A DNA stretch of 64,000 nucleotides from Candidatus Marinacidobacterales bacterium (GTDB lineage: Bacteria; Acidobacteriota; Vicinamibacteria; Marinacidobacterales; SMYC01): the NCBI GenBank assembly GCA_965237955.1, contig OZ250169.1, forward strand, positions 7,040,001 through 7,104,000, written 5' to 3'. Below, one piece after another: positions 53,223 to 61,851 of this stretch. The first letter of the stretch is position 1, and each line of letters begins with the position of its first letter. The notes beneath the pieces were generated by a model. The model made no database searches. It was not told the origin of the DNA and saw only the letters and a program-made list of their open reading frames with translations. A program made the position numbers and the translations under genes.

Positions 53223-54452
53223 TTAGTAGAGAAGATGCTCGGCGCGAACCCTCAAGAACCGCTCGAGCGCCGGCCGCTCACTCTCGAGGATGTCCTCGAC
53301 CGACATGCCTTCCTCGATCGCGCGGCGAGGACGGTCTGTACCGAGCAAGCGATCGATCCAGTAGCGCCCGTCATTGTGGATCCATTCAAAATCGTCCGGA
53401 TGAAGTGTCCGGATCGCAACGATCACTTCGAGCCCGGTTCGCACGGCGTCGAGCTCGTGAGGCGAGGTCATCGTCAGCTCGACGCCTGAACAACGCTCGT
53501 TCTCGTACTTGGGCCGCGGCGCAGCGTCGGTCTTTCGGGGGACGAAGCTGGTCGGACGAAACGACGCGCCCGCTAGATCGAGCCTGTTGAGGACCGAGCT
53601 CAACCGCCCGCCGTCGATCCACGGCGCGCCGATCCTCTCGAACGTCTCGTCGATACCTCGCCCTTCGGACACGTTGATTCCCTCGAGTAACCCGAGGGCC
53701 GGATAAGCGAGCGCCGCACGCGGCGAACGAATATTCGGCGAGGGCGCGATCCACGGGAGTCCGGTCTCTTCCCAGATCAGATCGCGTGTCCACCCGCGAG
53801 CGAGCACAACGTCGAGCTCGAGATCGTCGTCTTTGAACAACTGCGCGAACTCCCCAACCGTCATACCGTGCACGAGCGGGATGGGCGCAACACCAACGAA
53901 CGAGGTGAACTCCGAGTCGAGCACGGGACCTTCGACGCGGGTACCGCCGTTCGGATTGGGCCGGTCGAGCACGACGAACGCGACACCGGCTTCGGCCGCC
54001 GCGTCCATCGCAAGCTTCATCGTGCTGATGTAAGTGTAAAAGCGGACCCCGATGTCTTGAATGTCGAACACGAGAGCGTCGATGCGTGCGAGCATCTCAC
54101 GAGTCGGAGCACGAATGTCTCCGTAGAGACTGAAGACAGGAATCACACCCGACTCGTCCGACGACACCTCATCCCCCGCCACCGCATCACCGGCAAACCC
54201 ATGCTCCGGCGAAAAAAGCGCTACGACATCGAGCCCCAACTCCCCCCGAAACACCTGGAGCGTCGGCGTCCCATCGATCGCCCGCCCCGTGTGATTGGTA
54301 ATGAGCCCAAGACGCTTCCCCCGAAGATGCGAAAGTCGCTCGCCCTCGAGGCGAACAACATCAACACCAGGCCTAACGACCGTTGCCGACGTCTGGAGAA
54401 GAGAAAGGTGTAAAGCGCTAGCAAAGACGACGCTAAGAAGCTTCACCGCCAA
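53223..54452 (-). CDS. namZ: Exo-beta-N-acetylmuramidase NamZ family (DUF1343)
   Basis: GLITNHTG, LFSPEHG, FDIQDIGVRFYTY, LDRPNP, PSPNI, SEGRG. Confidence 0.92.
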   Translation of the reverse strand: MAVKLLSVVFASALHLSLLQTSATVVRPGVDVVRLEGERLSHLRGKRLGLITNHTGRAIDGTPTLQVFRGELGLDVVALFSPEHGFAGDAVAGDEVSSDESGVIPVFSLYGDIRAPTREMLARIDALVFDIQDIGVRFYTYISTMKLAMDAAAEAGVAFVVLDRPNPNGGTRVEGPVLDSEFTSFVGVAPIPLVHGMTVGEFAQLFKDDDLELDVVLARGWTRDLIWEETGLPWIAPSPNIRSPRAALAYPALGLLEGINVSEGRGIDETFERIGAPWIDGGRLSSVLNRLDLAGASFRPTSFVPRKTDAAPRPKYENERCSGVELTMTSPHELDAVRTGLEVIVAIRTLHPDDFEWIHNDGRYWIDRLLGTDRPRRAIEEGMSVEDILESERPALERFLRVRAEHLLY

Positions 54453-54488
54453 GGTGAACCGTATGCCGTATGCCGTATACCGACAACC

Positions 54489-55553
54489 CTACACAGCCTC
54501 GACCCAACCGTGCGTATCTTCCGCAAGCCCCCGCCGAATGTCGGTGAGCTTCTTCAACAGCTGAGGTCCGACCTTCCTCTGATCATCGGGTGGGAGGTGC
54601 ATGACGCTCTCTTGGCCGCCGATCTCGATCACCGGTGAGACGGTGGCGGCTGTTCCCGCTCCTAACGCCTCGTCCAACTTCCCGGCGTCGTGCGCCTCGT
54701 GGATCTCCTCGATCGACACCCGACGCTCCTGAACTTCGACGTTCATGTCGCCGAGCAACGTGATCACACTGTCGCGCGTCACACCGCGAAGAATCGTGCC
54801 CGAGAGCTCAGGCGTCACCGCCACACCATCGATGACGAAGAAAATATTCATGGTGCCGCATTCTTCGATGTAGCGATGTTCTTTGCCGTCGAGCCAAAGG
54901 ACGTTGTGGTAGCCGTTGTCCTGCGCCTGTTTCGCGGCGTAGTAGCTCGCAGCGTAGTTGCCGGCCGTCTTCGCTTCTCCGGTGCCACCGGGTGCGGCGC
55001 GAATGAACTCGCGTGTCACCCAGAGCTTGACCGGCTCCGAGTAGTACTTTCCAACCGGGCACGTGAAGATGACGAACTTGTACGCATCGGACGGTTTCAC
55101 ACCGATGAAGTCGTCGTTCGCGAACATCAACGGCCGAATGTACAGGGAGCTGTCGTCTTGGGTCGGAATCCAGTCACTGTCGACCTTTACCAGCTCTTTC
55201 AGGCCGTCGAGGAACAGTGCCTCGGGAATCGGCGGCATGACCATGCGCGCGGCCGAACGGTTCATGCGCTCGAAGTTGGCGCGTGGGCGGAACAAAACGG
55301 GCTTACCCTCCGCGTTTCGATACGCTTTCATGCCTTCGAAAATGGACTGACCATAGTGCAGCGCGGTCGTCGCCGGCGCGAGACGGAACGTTCCGTACGG
55401 CACGATCTCGGGCGATTGCCATTCGCCGTCCCGGTAGTCCGCGACGAGCATGTGGTCGCTGAACACTTTACCGAACGCGATGTTGTCGAAGTCCACCTCG
55501 GACAGGCGAGATGCCGCCGCCCGAGTCACTTTGATGTCGCCAACCGTGGTCAT
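54489..55553 (-). CDS. ilvE: Branched-chain amino acid aminotransferase
   Basis: LHYGQSIFEGMK, LYIRP, AKTAGNYA, EECGTMN, ILRGVTR, GTAA. Confidence 0.95.
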   Translation of the reverse strand: MTTVGDIKVTRAAASRLSEVDFDNIAFGKVFSDHMLVADYRDGEWQSPEIVPYGTFRLAPATTALHYGQSIFEGMKAYRNAEGKPVLFRPRANFERMNRSAARMVMPPIPEALFLDGLKELVKVDSDWIPTQDDSSLYIRPLMFANDDFIGVKPSDAYKFVIFTCPVGKYYSEPVKLWVTREFIRAAPGGTGEAKTAGNYAASYYAAKQAQDNGYHNVLWLDGKEHRYIEECGTMNIFFVIDGVAVTPELSGTILRGVTRDSVITLLGDMNVEVQERRVSIEEIHEAHDAGKLDEALGAGTAATVSPVIEIGGQESVMHLPPDDQRKVGPQLLKKLTDIRRGLAEDTHGWVEAV

Positions 55554-55783
55554 GATCCCTCGTCTTTTCCTAGTTTGGTCTAAATTTTTTGCTTACAATG
55601 TCTTCGGTCCGTTGTCACACCTCGAGTTATTGTACTCCGATTCCGCTCCCATGGCATCGGGCATCGGGCATCGCTCGATGATTTGCGGAGCGTTCGGTAA
55701 GTCTCGCGTTGAATCACCTCACGATTCCGTATATAAATGTGCGATTTTTCGAGCTTTACCTGAACTTACCCAATGAGGACCCG

Positions 55784-57262
55784 ATGGCAGACAAAGACGA
55801 CGTTCTAGAGACACTGCGGCTCCCGGAGATGAGCCCACTCGGTCTCGCACGGCAGTTCGGCCCTGGTCTCATCCTGATGATGACCGGCATCGGCACGAGC
55901 CACCTGGTCACGGCGCCGGTCGCGGGCGGACGCTTCGAGTTCGCGCTCTTGTGGGCGATCCCCGTCGCTTACATCTTCAAGTACTACGGTTTCGAGATGG
56001 CGTTCCGATTCACGAACGCGACCGGCCGCAGCATGCTCGACGCCTACTCCACCGCGGCGTGGAAGTGGCCACTCTGGTACGTGCTGGTAACGACCATCTT
56101 GCAAGCCGCGATCGGGCAGGCTGGACGGCTCACCGCGGCTGCCGCCGTCCTTTACTACTTCGCTCTGCACTACTTTGGCGTCGACGTCCCCGCCTACTGG
56201 TTCGCGATGTTCATAGGCGTTTTCTCCGTCGTCATCATCCTTAGCGGCCGATACCACATGGTGGAGCTCGTCACGAAGATCTGCGCCGGGATTCTTCTCG
56301 TTTCCACCGTCGGCGTGTACTTGCGCGAGCCCGCACCGCTGTCCGGCATGGCGCACTTTTTCATATTCGAGGTTCCTCAGGGCTCGTGGCTCATCCTCGC
56401 CGCCTTCCTTGGACTTCTGCCGACCGGGATCGACGTTTCGCTTCAAGCCTCTGAGTGGGGCAAAGCGAAGAAGGCGGGGATGGGAAGAATCCGCGACCAC
56501 CTCGAATCGGTTGGGCTGGCACCGAAGTTCAGCGCATGGGGCTCCACCAAGGAAGACCTCTCGGTGGACACGTCGAAGCTTTCCCCGCACGCGCTCGAGT
56601 ACTGCCGCCGTTGGTTTCGCATCGGACTCTGGGATTTTCGCTTCGGCCACGTCATCTCGTTCGTCATCGCCGTCATCTTTCTGCTGCTCGCGGCCGTATG
56701 GATCTATCCGAGCGAAGTCGAGGGACGAGCCGTCATCGGCCAGATCGCCGAGATCTTTACCGGGAGCGTCGGACCGGGGATGATGAGTGTTTTTCTCCTG
56801 GGTGCCCTCGCCGCAACGTTCTCGACGGCGTTCAACTACTTCGACGGCTGGCCGCGAGTCGTCGCCGCGTGCTGCCGGAACCTGTTCCACGGCACGGCGA
56901 AATTGAGCGGTACGGCGCGCGAAGACCTCACCGATGAGCATCGCAAGACATGGTTCTCCGAGTACAACATCTACCGCATCACGATGTTCTATTCGCTGAT
57001 CGCTTCGGTCGCGATCATCGCGGGCGTCCCGCGCCCGGTATGGCTCGTGCTGGTCGCATCGGCGCTCGCCTTTTTCGTGGCGCCCGTGATTTACGCGCTC
57101 AATCTCTATTACTGCTTCACCGTGATCCCAAAAGAAGACACCCATTTCTACCCGAAGCCGTTCGACGCCTGGTTCGGGTGGGCAAGCCTCGTGGTCTTCA
57201 CGGGCCTGACGGCGATCCTGATCGCGGCGAGGGTGTTTGGAATCCAACTCTTCGGCGGCTGA
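55784..57262 (+). CDS. NRAMP-related (APC-fold) transporter
   Basis: GPGLILMMTGIGTSHLV...FALLW; about 11 TM segments; no DPGN motif. Confidence 0.8.
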   Translation: MADKDDVLETLRLPEMSPLGLARQFGPGLILMMTGIGTSHLVTAPVAGGRFEFALLWAIPVAYIFKYYGFEMAFRFTNATGRSMLDAYSTAAWKWPLWYVLVTTILQAAIGQAGRLTAAAAVLYYFALHYFGVDVPAYWFAMFIGVFSVVIILSGRYHMVELVTKICAGILLVSTVGVYLREPAPLSGMAHFFIFEVPQGSWLILAAFLGLLPTGIDVSLQASEWGKAKKAGMGRIRDHLESVGLAPKFSAWGSTKEDLSVDTSKLSPHALEYCRRWFRIGLWDFRFGHVISFVIAVIFLLLAAVWIYPSEVEGRAVIGQIAEIFTGSVGPGMMSVFLLGALAATFSTAFNYFDGWPRVVAACCRNLFHGTAKLSGTAREDLTDEHRKTWFSEYNIYRITMFYSLIASVAIIAGVPRPVWLVLVASALAFFVAPVIYALNLYYCFTVIPKEDTHFYPKPFDAWFGWASLVVFTGLTAILIAARVFGIQLFGG

Positions 57263-57268
57263 TCTTTT

Positions 57269-57391
57269 CCGCCACCGAGGCACAGCGCAGCAAAGCCGTA
57301 ACCAAGAATCACCGGTAGAGTTTCTTCGAGATTGGCCCCTAGCGTTGTTTTTCTCCGCGAAACCTCTGCGTCCTTTGCGCCTCTGCGGTGA
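57269..57391. repeat. REP-like element, copy 2 (inverted relative to copy 1)
   Basis: Revcomp TCACCGCAGAGGCGCAAAGGACGCAGAGGTTTCGCGGAGAAAAACAACGCTAGGGGCCAA closely matches 41131-41188. Confidence 0.85.
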
Positions 57392-57396
57392 AAAAA

Positions 57397-58584
57397 CTAT
57401 CCAACGCCGAGAGGCTCTTTTTCCAGGCTCCCCATTGCCGCGGCGAGGCCTGCTTTCAAGTCAGTGGAGTGACCCTCGGTCGCGAGGGCGTCGCTCAGAC
57501 ACGACATGAAGAACAGAATTTTCTCCGGTGACGACGAGTAGCCCATCAGCCCGACGCGCCACACCTTGCCCGCGATGGCGCCGAGCCCGCCGCCGATCTC
57601 GAGATTGAACGTCTCGAGAAGGTAGCCGCGCACTTTGGCGTCGTCGATGCCGTCGGGAATGCGCACCGTGTTGAGCGACGGCAGACGGTACTCGGGCGCG
57701 ACGAACATCTCGAGCCCCATCGCTTCGACGCCGGCCACGAGCGCTTTGTGGTTTCGCAAGTGACGCGCGAGACGATTGCCAAGGCCCTCTTCTTCGATCA
57801 GCATCAACGCCTCGAGAATCCCGTAGTTCAGCGGACTCGAGCTCGTATGGTGGTATTTCCGCCCAGTCCAATAGCCGTCGAGAAGCTGCGCGTCGAGATA
57901 CCAACTGCGAACCGGATGCGTGCGTTGCTTCATCGCCTCGACCGCGCGTGGGCTGAAGGTCACCGGCGCCAGTCCTGGTGGTGATCCGATGCATTTCTGC
58001 GAGCAACTGTACGCGGCGTCGACTCCCCACTCGTCGATCCTGACGTCCACGCCACCCAACGAGGTGACGGTGTCGAGAAGAAGCATGACTCCGTGCGATT
58101 TGGCCAGGCGAACCACGTCGTCCATCGGCTGAAGCACGCCCGTCGACGTTTCGGCATGAACGAGGGTCAGTACTTTGTAATCACCGCTCTCGAGCTCGGC
58201 CTCGATCCGTTCTGGATCGTCGGGTTGTCCCCACGCGCCTTCGATCACCGTGACTTCGGCACCCTGCCGCTCCGCCATTTGTCGAATGCGGTCACCGAAG
58301 TAGCCGTGCACGCAGCACAGCACCTTGTCGCCCGGCTCAGTCAGATTCGCCACCGAGCACTCCATGCCGGACGTGCCCGTGCCTGGAGTTACTTGCGTCA
58401 GTGCGTTCTCGGCCTGGAAGACCATCTGGAGACGCTCGTGAATTTGATCGAGGACTTCGACGTATGCGGGGTCGAGGTGTCCGATAACCGGCGAGGCAAG
58501 AGCGCGATAGACTTGCGGGTGAATGTCGAAAGGGCCTGGTCCCATCAGCGTTCTCATGGGAGCCTCGGGCCGTTTCGCTGTCAT
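57397..58584 (-). CDS. Alanine-glyoxylate/serine-pyruvate aminotransferase (class V)
   Basis: LMGPGP, GTGTSGME, HAETSTG, SQKCIGSPPG, WRVGLMG. Confidence 0.93.
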   Translation of the reverse strand: MTAKRPEAPMRTLMGPGPFDIHPQVYRALASPVIGHLDPAYVEVLDQIHERLQMVFQAENALTQVTPGTGTSGMECSVANLTEPGDKVLCCVHGYFGDRIRQMAERQGAEVTVIEGAWGQPDDPERIEAELESGDYKVLTLVHAETSTGVLQPMDDVVRLAKSHGVMLLLDTVTSLGGVDVRIDEWGVDAAYSCSQKCIGSPPGLAPVTFSPRAVEAMKQRTHPVRSWYLDAQLLDGYWTGRKYHHTSSSPLNYGILEALMLIEEEGLGNRLARHLRNHKALVAGVEAMGLEMFVAPEYRLPSLNTVRIPDGIDDAKVRGYLLETFNLEIGGGLGAIAGKVWRVGLMGYSSSPEKILFFMSCLSDALATEGHSTDLKAGLAAAMGSLEKEPLGVG

Positions 58585-58904
58585 CGAATGTGCTCCGTCC
58601 GCGCGCCTTATCTTCACAGCGCTTGCATTTGAACAGACTTTACACTAAATTACACATGCCTAACACGGTTGCCGTTCCGTCTCACACTAAAACTTAATAT
58701 TTTCGATAGACGTAACCAAGCGGTTCGTCGTTCGTCCGGTGCCGGGGCGAGGGTCCCCGCTAGTCCCCTGTATCAGAACAAACTAGATAAAGCAGAGCTT
58801 GCCGAAACCCTTCTAAGTGCATGAATCTTATGAATCTTATGGGCTGGCGAAAAGCCCAACTTTGTATAGTAATCAAAGATCCAGGGGACTAGAGGCATTG
58901 CAAC

Positions 58905-59276
58905 GTGGACCGCGATTACGCGCCCAGGCGCATCGGACGCGCTGTTCCCAGCACATCAGTCACCATAGCCCTTCTCTAAGACAACGTTCCCGTTGCCTAC
59001 GGAGTCGTGCGCGACCTTTCCGAAATTGGCGCGTGCATCATGACCGACGCCGTGCTCAAACCGGGCACGAGCTTTCAGTTTCGTATGAGTTTCTTCGGCG
59101 GCGAAGTTCTCGAAGCCACGGCGCGTATCGTCTGGAGCGAGACTCCCCGACCCGGCGCCGCTCCCGAGACGGAGATCCCGCACGGCCTCGAGTTCACCGA
59201 AATGGGCGAGACGCATCTCACCAACCTCAGGCACATCCTCGACACAGGAGCCTTCGGCGTCAAGAACTCCTACTAG
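58905..59276 (+). pseudogene. Stand-alone PilZ protein with in-frame TAA at 58977-58979
   Basis: MDRDYAPRRIGR...ALL*DNVPVAYGVVRDLSEIG...ARIVW...HGLEF. Confidence 0.78.
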
Positions 59277-60577
59277 GGGTTCACAGCTCGCACGTGGTTC
59301 ACCCACCAACGCCACACGATCGCGCTGACAACCGTGGCCAACACCAGCCACGGCAGAAGCGCCCGGGCTCCAACGAGGGCCGCTTCGGGAAAACCCGTCT
59401 GCACGAGAACGCTCCCGCGCCCGACCAGCCAATGCCATGCGGTGTGACCGATCAACATCGATAAGATGATGCGCCCGGGACGTTCGCGCACGCCTTCCAA
59501 CAGCCAGGCGATCGCGGGAAGTGCGAGAGCGAGGACGAGAAGCTGGCCGAGCTCGACCCCGACGTTGAACGACGCGAGCGCGAGCGGCACGTGCGCGCCC
59601 GCGAACGGCAGCAACTCGGAGAGCGCGAACGAAAACCCGAACCCGTGAATGAGCCCGAAGCCGAAGGTCAACGCTGCCCGGCGCTTCGGACTCACGTTGA
59701 CGGCATTCTCGATCGCCATGACGAGAATCGAGAGCGCAATCAGCGTTTCGACGAGAGGGGGAAACCAGGTTGCACTCGGAGACATCCCCAACGCCGCCGC
59801 CGCAAGCGTTACCGAGTGCGCGAGGGTAAACGCGGTGATCACGAGAACGAGGTGGCGTAGACGCCGAGCTGGAATCATCAAACACATCAGAAACAGCAAG
59901 TGATCCAGTCCACCGAGGATGTGAAAGAACCCGGATTCCAAAAAAACGAGCCCGGCTCGATACCACCGCGGATCGAACCACACCCGACCACAGCGGTCTC
60001 CCAAAACGAACGTCCGAGCGCCACCGCCTGGAATCTCGAAGCTGGTCGTGACCGTCAATCGATCGGCGAGGCCCGCACCGATGAAGCTCTCCATCGAGAA
60101 GCCCGACTGCTCCGATCGGATGGCGTATTCGAGATGGGCGTCGAAGAAACCCTGATTCCAGAAAAGATCTGTCGACGTGTCGAGTGGTTCAACCCGAATG
60201 TGCGCGGCCGCCTCTTCGAAACTGGCGAACGATCGATCGGATGGCAACGAGATGCGAGCGGCGCCAGCGACCAGTCGAAGGCGCTCGTCCTCTTCATAGA
60301 AGAAAAGCTCCTCGGTGATCGCTTCGATCGCGTCTCTCAGCCGCGCTTCACCCCCAAGGGCATCGAGATCAAGATAACCCGGGCCCCGTTTCGGGAGATC
60401 GAGATTGAGCAACAGGGTGAGGGGCACGCGGGTGAGCACGTGAAGCCGTTCACCCGACGGCTTGACGTACATCTGAACCGGTATCGATTCGGGGATATCG
60501 TGGCCGAACGCGCAGAGCGCGACCGCCAGGACGACACCTGCTCCTGATACGATCCGAGAACGCCTCGACGTGCTCAC
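59273..60577 (-). CDS. HupE/UreJ-family membrane protein
   Basis: GFFHILGGLDHLLF, TAFTLAHS, FGLIHGFGF, FNVGVELGQ. Confidence 0.9.
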   Translation of the reverse strand: MSTSRRSRIVSGAGVVLAVALCAFGHDIPESIPVQMYVKPSGERLHVLTRVPLTLLLNLDLPKRGPGYLDLDALGGEARLRDAIEAITEELFFYEEDERLRLVAGAARISLPSDRSFASFEEAAAHIRVEPLDTSTDLFWNQGFFDAHLEYAIRSEQSGFSMESFIGAGLADRLTVTTSFEIPGGGARTFVLGDRCGRVWFDPRWYRAGLVFLESGFFHILGGLDHLLFLMCLMIPARRLRHLVLVITAFTLAHSVTLAAAALGMSPSATWFPPLVETLIALSILVMAIENAVNVSPKRRAALTFGFGLIHGFGFSFALSELLPFAGAHVPLALASFNVGVELGQLLVLALALPAIAWLLEGVRERPGRIILSMLIGHTAWHWLVGRGSVLVQTGFPEAALVGARALLPWLVLATVVSAIVWRWWVNHVRAVNP

Positions 60578-60583
60578 ACCGCC

Positions 60584-61708
60584 CTACTGAAGGACGAACT
60601 TCTGGGTCCTGCGTCCCTGATTCACTTCCGCGGTGTAGAGATTGCCGTTCCAATCGGCAGCGACGTTGTGCACCCAGTGGAACTGTCTGGCGTAGCGTCC
60701 GCGGCGACCGACGGAGCCCAGAATCGATAGCTGGTTGCGCGACAGGAACCAAATCTTCTGGTTGACGCCATCCGGCGAATAGAGAATCGATTGCGCGCGG
60801 TCCCGAGAAAGCTCGACGTCCCAGACCGAACCGGCCCCGAGCGTATTCTTCGCGATGAACACTTCCCTGACGAACTTTCCGCTCTTCAGGAAAACCTGGA
60901 TCCGATTGTTCAAGCGGTCGGCGACGTAGACGTTGTCGTCGTTCGCGATGCGCACCGCGTGAACCGGGTTACGAAACTGCCTCGCCACCGGTGCTTTAGG
61001 ATCGTACGCACCGAGGTCTTCGTCCGACGGCTTCTCCCCGTACGCACCCCAATGACGCTTGTACTCTCCCGAGTCGGCGTCGAACACGATCACGCGCTTG
61101 TTGCGATACCCGTCCGCGATATAAACTTCGTCGGTCTCGGGGTCCACTTCCATGTCGGCGGGACGGCCGAGGTGAGAGGTGTGATTGCTGCCGCTGGTCT
61201 TGCCTGCTTCCCCGATTTGCAAGAGTAATTTACCATCGCGGGTGAACTTCAGCACTTGATGATCGTCTGGACCGTTACCAGCGATCCACACGTTGTCTTT
61301 GTAGTCTACGAAGATGCCGTGCTCGTTCTGGGGCCAGTCGCAGTCGGGACTCCCCCCGCCCCAGTGCTTGACGATATTCCCCTCGGTGTCGAACGCGATC
61401 ACCGGTGGCGCAGGGCGACAACACTCCGAGATCGGCGGATTTTGTATGAGACCGGTCTCGTCTTCGTTCAACGAGCGCGGCCGGTTGATGATCCAGATCG
61501 CATCGTGAGAGTCGACGGCGATACCCGAGACCTCCCCCATTAGCCAATCATTCGGGAGGGGCTTCGGCCAAAACGGATCGACTTTGAACTGGGGGGCGTC
61601 GACCGCCACCGCCGGGGTGAGCGACTCCGAGGGCGAGTTGGCGTAAGCGAACGCAACCGCGAGTCCGACGAAAACTGCAACGGAATAGAGGCCTTTCACG
61701 AAGTTCAT
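60584..61708 (-). CDS. Exported NHL-repeat beta-propeller (PAL-like)
   Basis: DPFWPKPLP, EHGIFVD, YIADGY.N.RV, YVADRLNNRIQVF. Confidence 0.88.
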   Translation of the reverse strand: MNFVKGLYSVAVFVGLAVAFAYANSPSESLTPAVAVDAPQFKVDPFWPKPLPNDWLMGEVSGIAVDSHDAIWIINRPRSLNEDETGLIQNPPISECCRPAPPVIAFDTEGNIVKHWGGGSPDCDWPQNEHGIFVDYKDNVWIAGNGPDDHQVLKFTRDGKLLLQIGEAGKTSGSNHTSHLGRPADMEVDPETDEVYIADGYRNKRVIVFDADSGEYKRHWGAYGEKPSDEDLGAYDPKAPVARQFRNPVHAVRIANDDNVYVADRLNNRIQVFLKSGKFVREVFIAKNTLGAGSVWDVELSRDRAQSILYSPDGVNQKIWFLSRNQLSILGSVGRRGRYARQFHWVHNVAADWNGNLYTAEVNQGRRTQKFVLQ

Positions 61709-61851
61709 GGCGGGCTCCTATATGAAGGGAAACTCGTTTGCGGCTGCACCCTAATGGAGAAGCCGCTCCTTCGGCAAGTGGTGACCAGCTAACGCGGTGG
61801 CGTCTTTCGAGACCGCGGTAGCTGCCATCGGCCATCGGCCATCAGCCGGCG

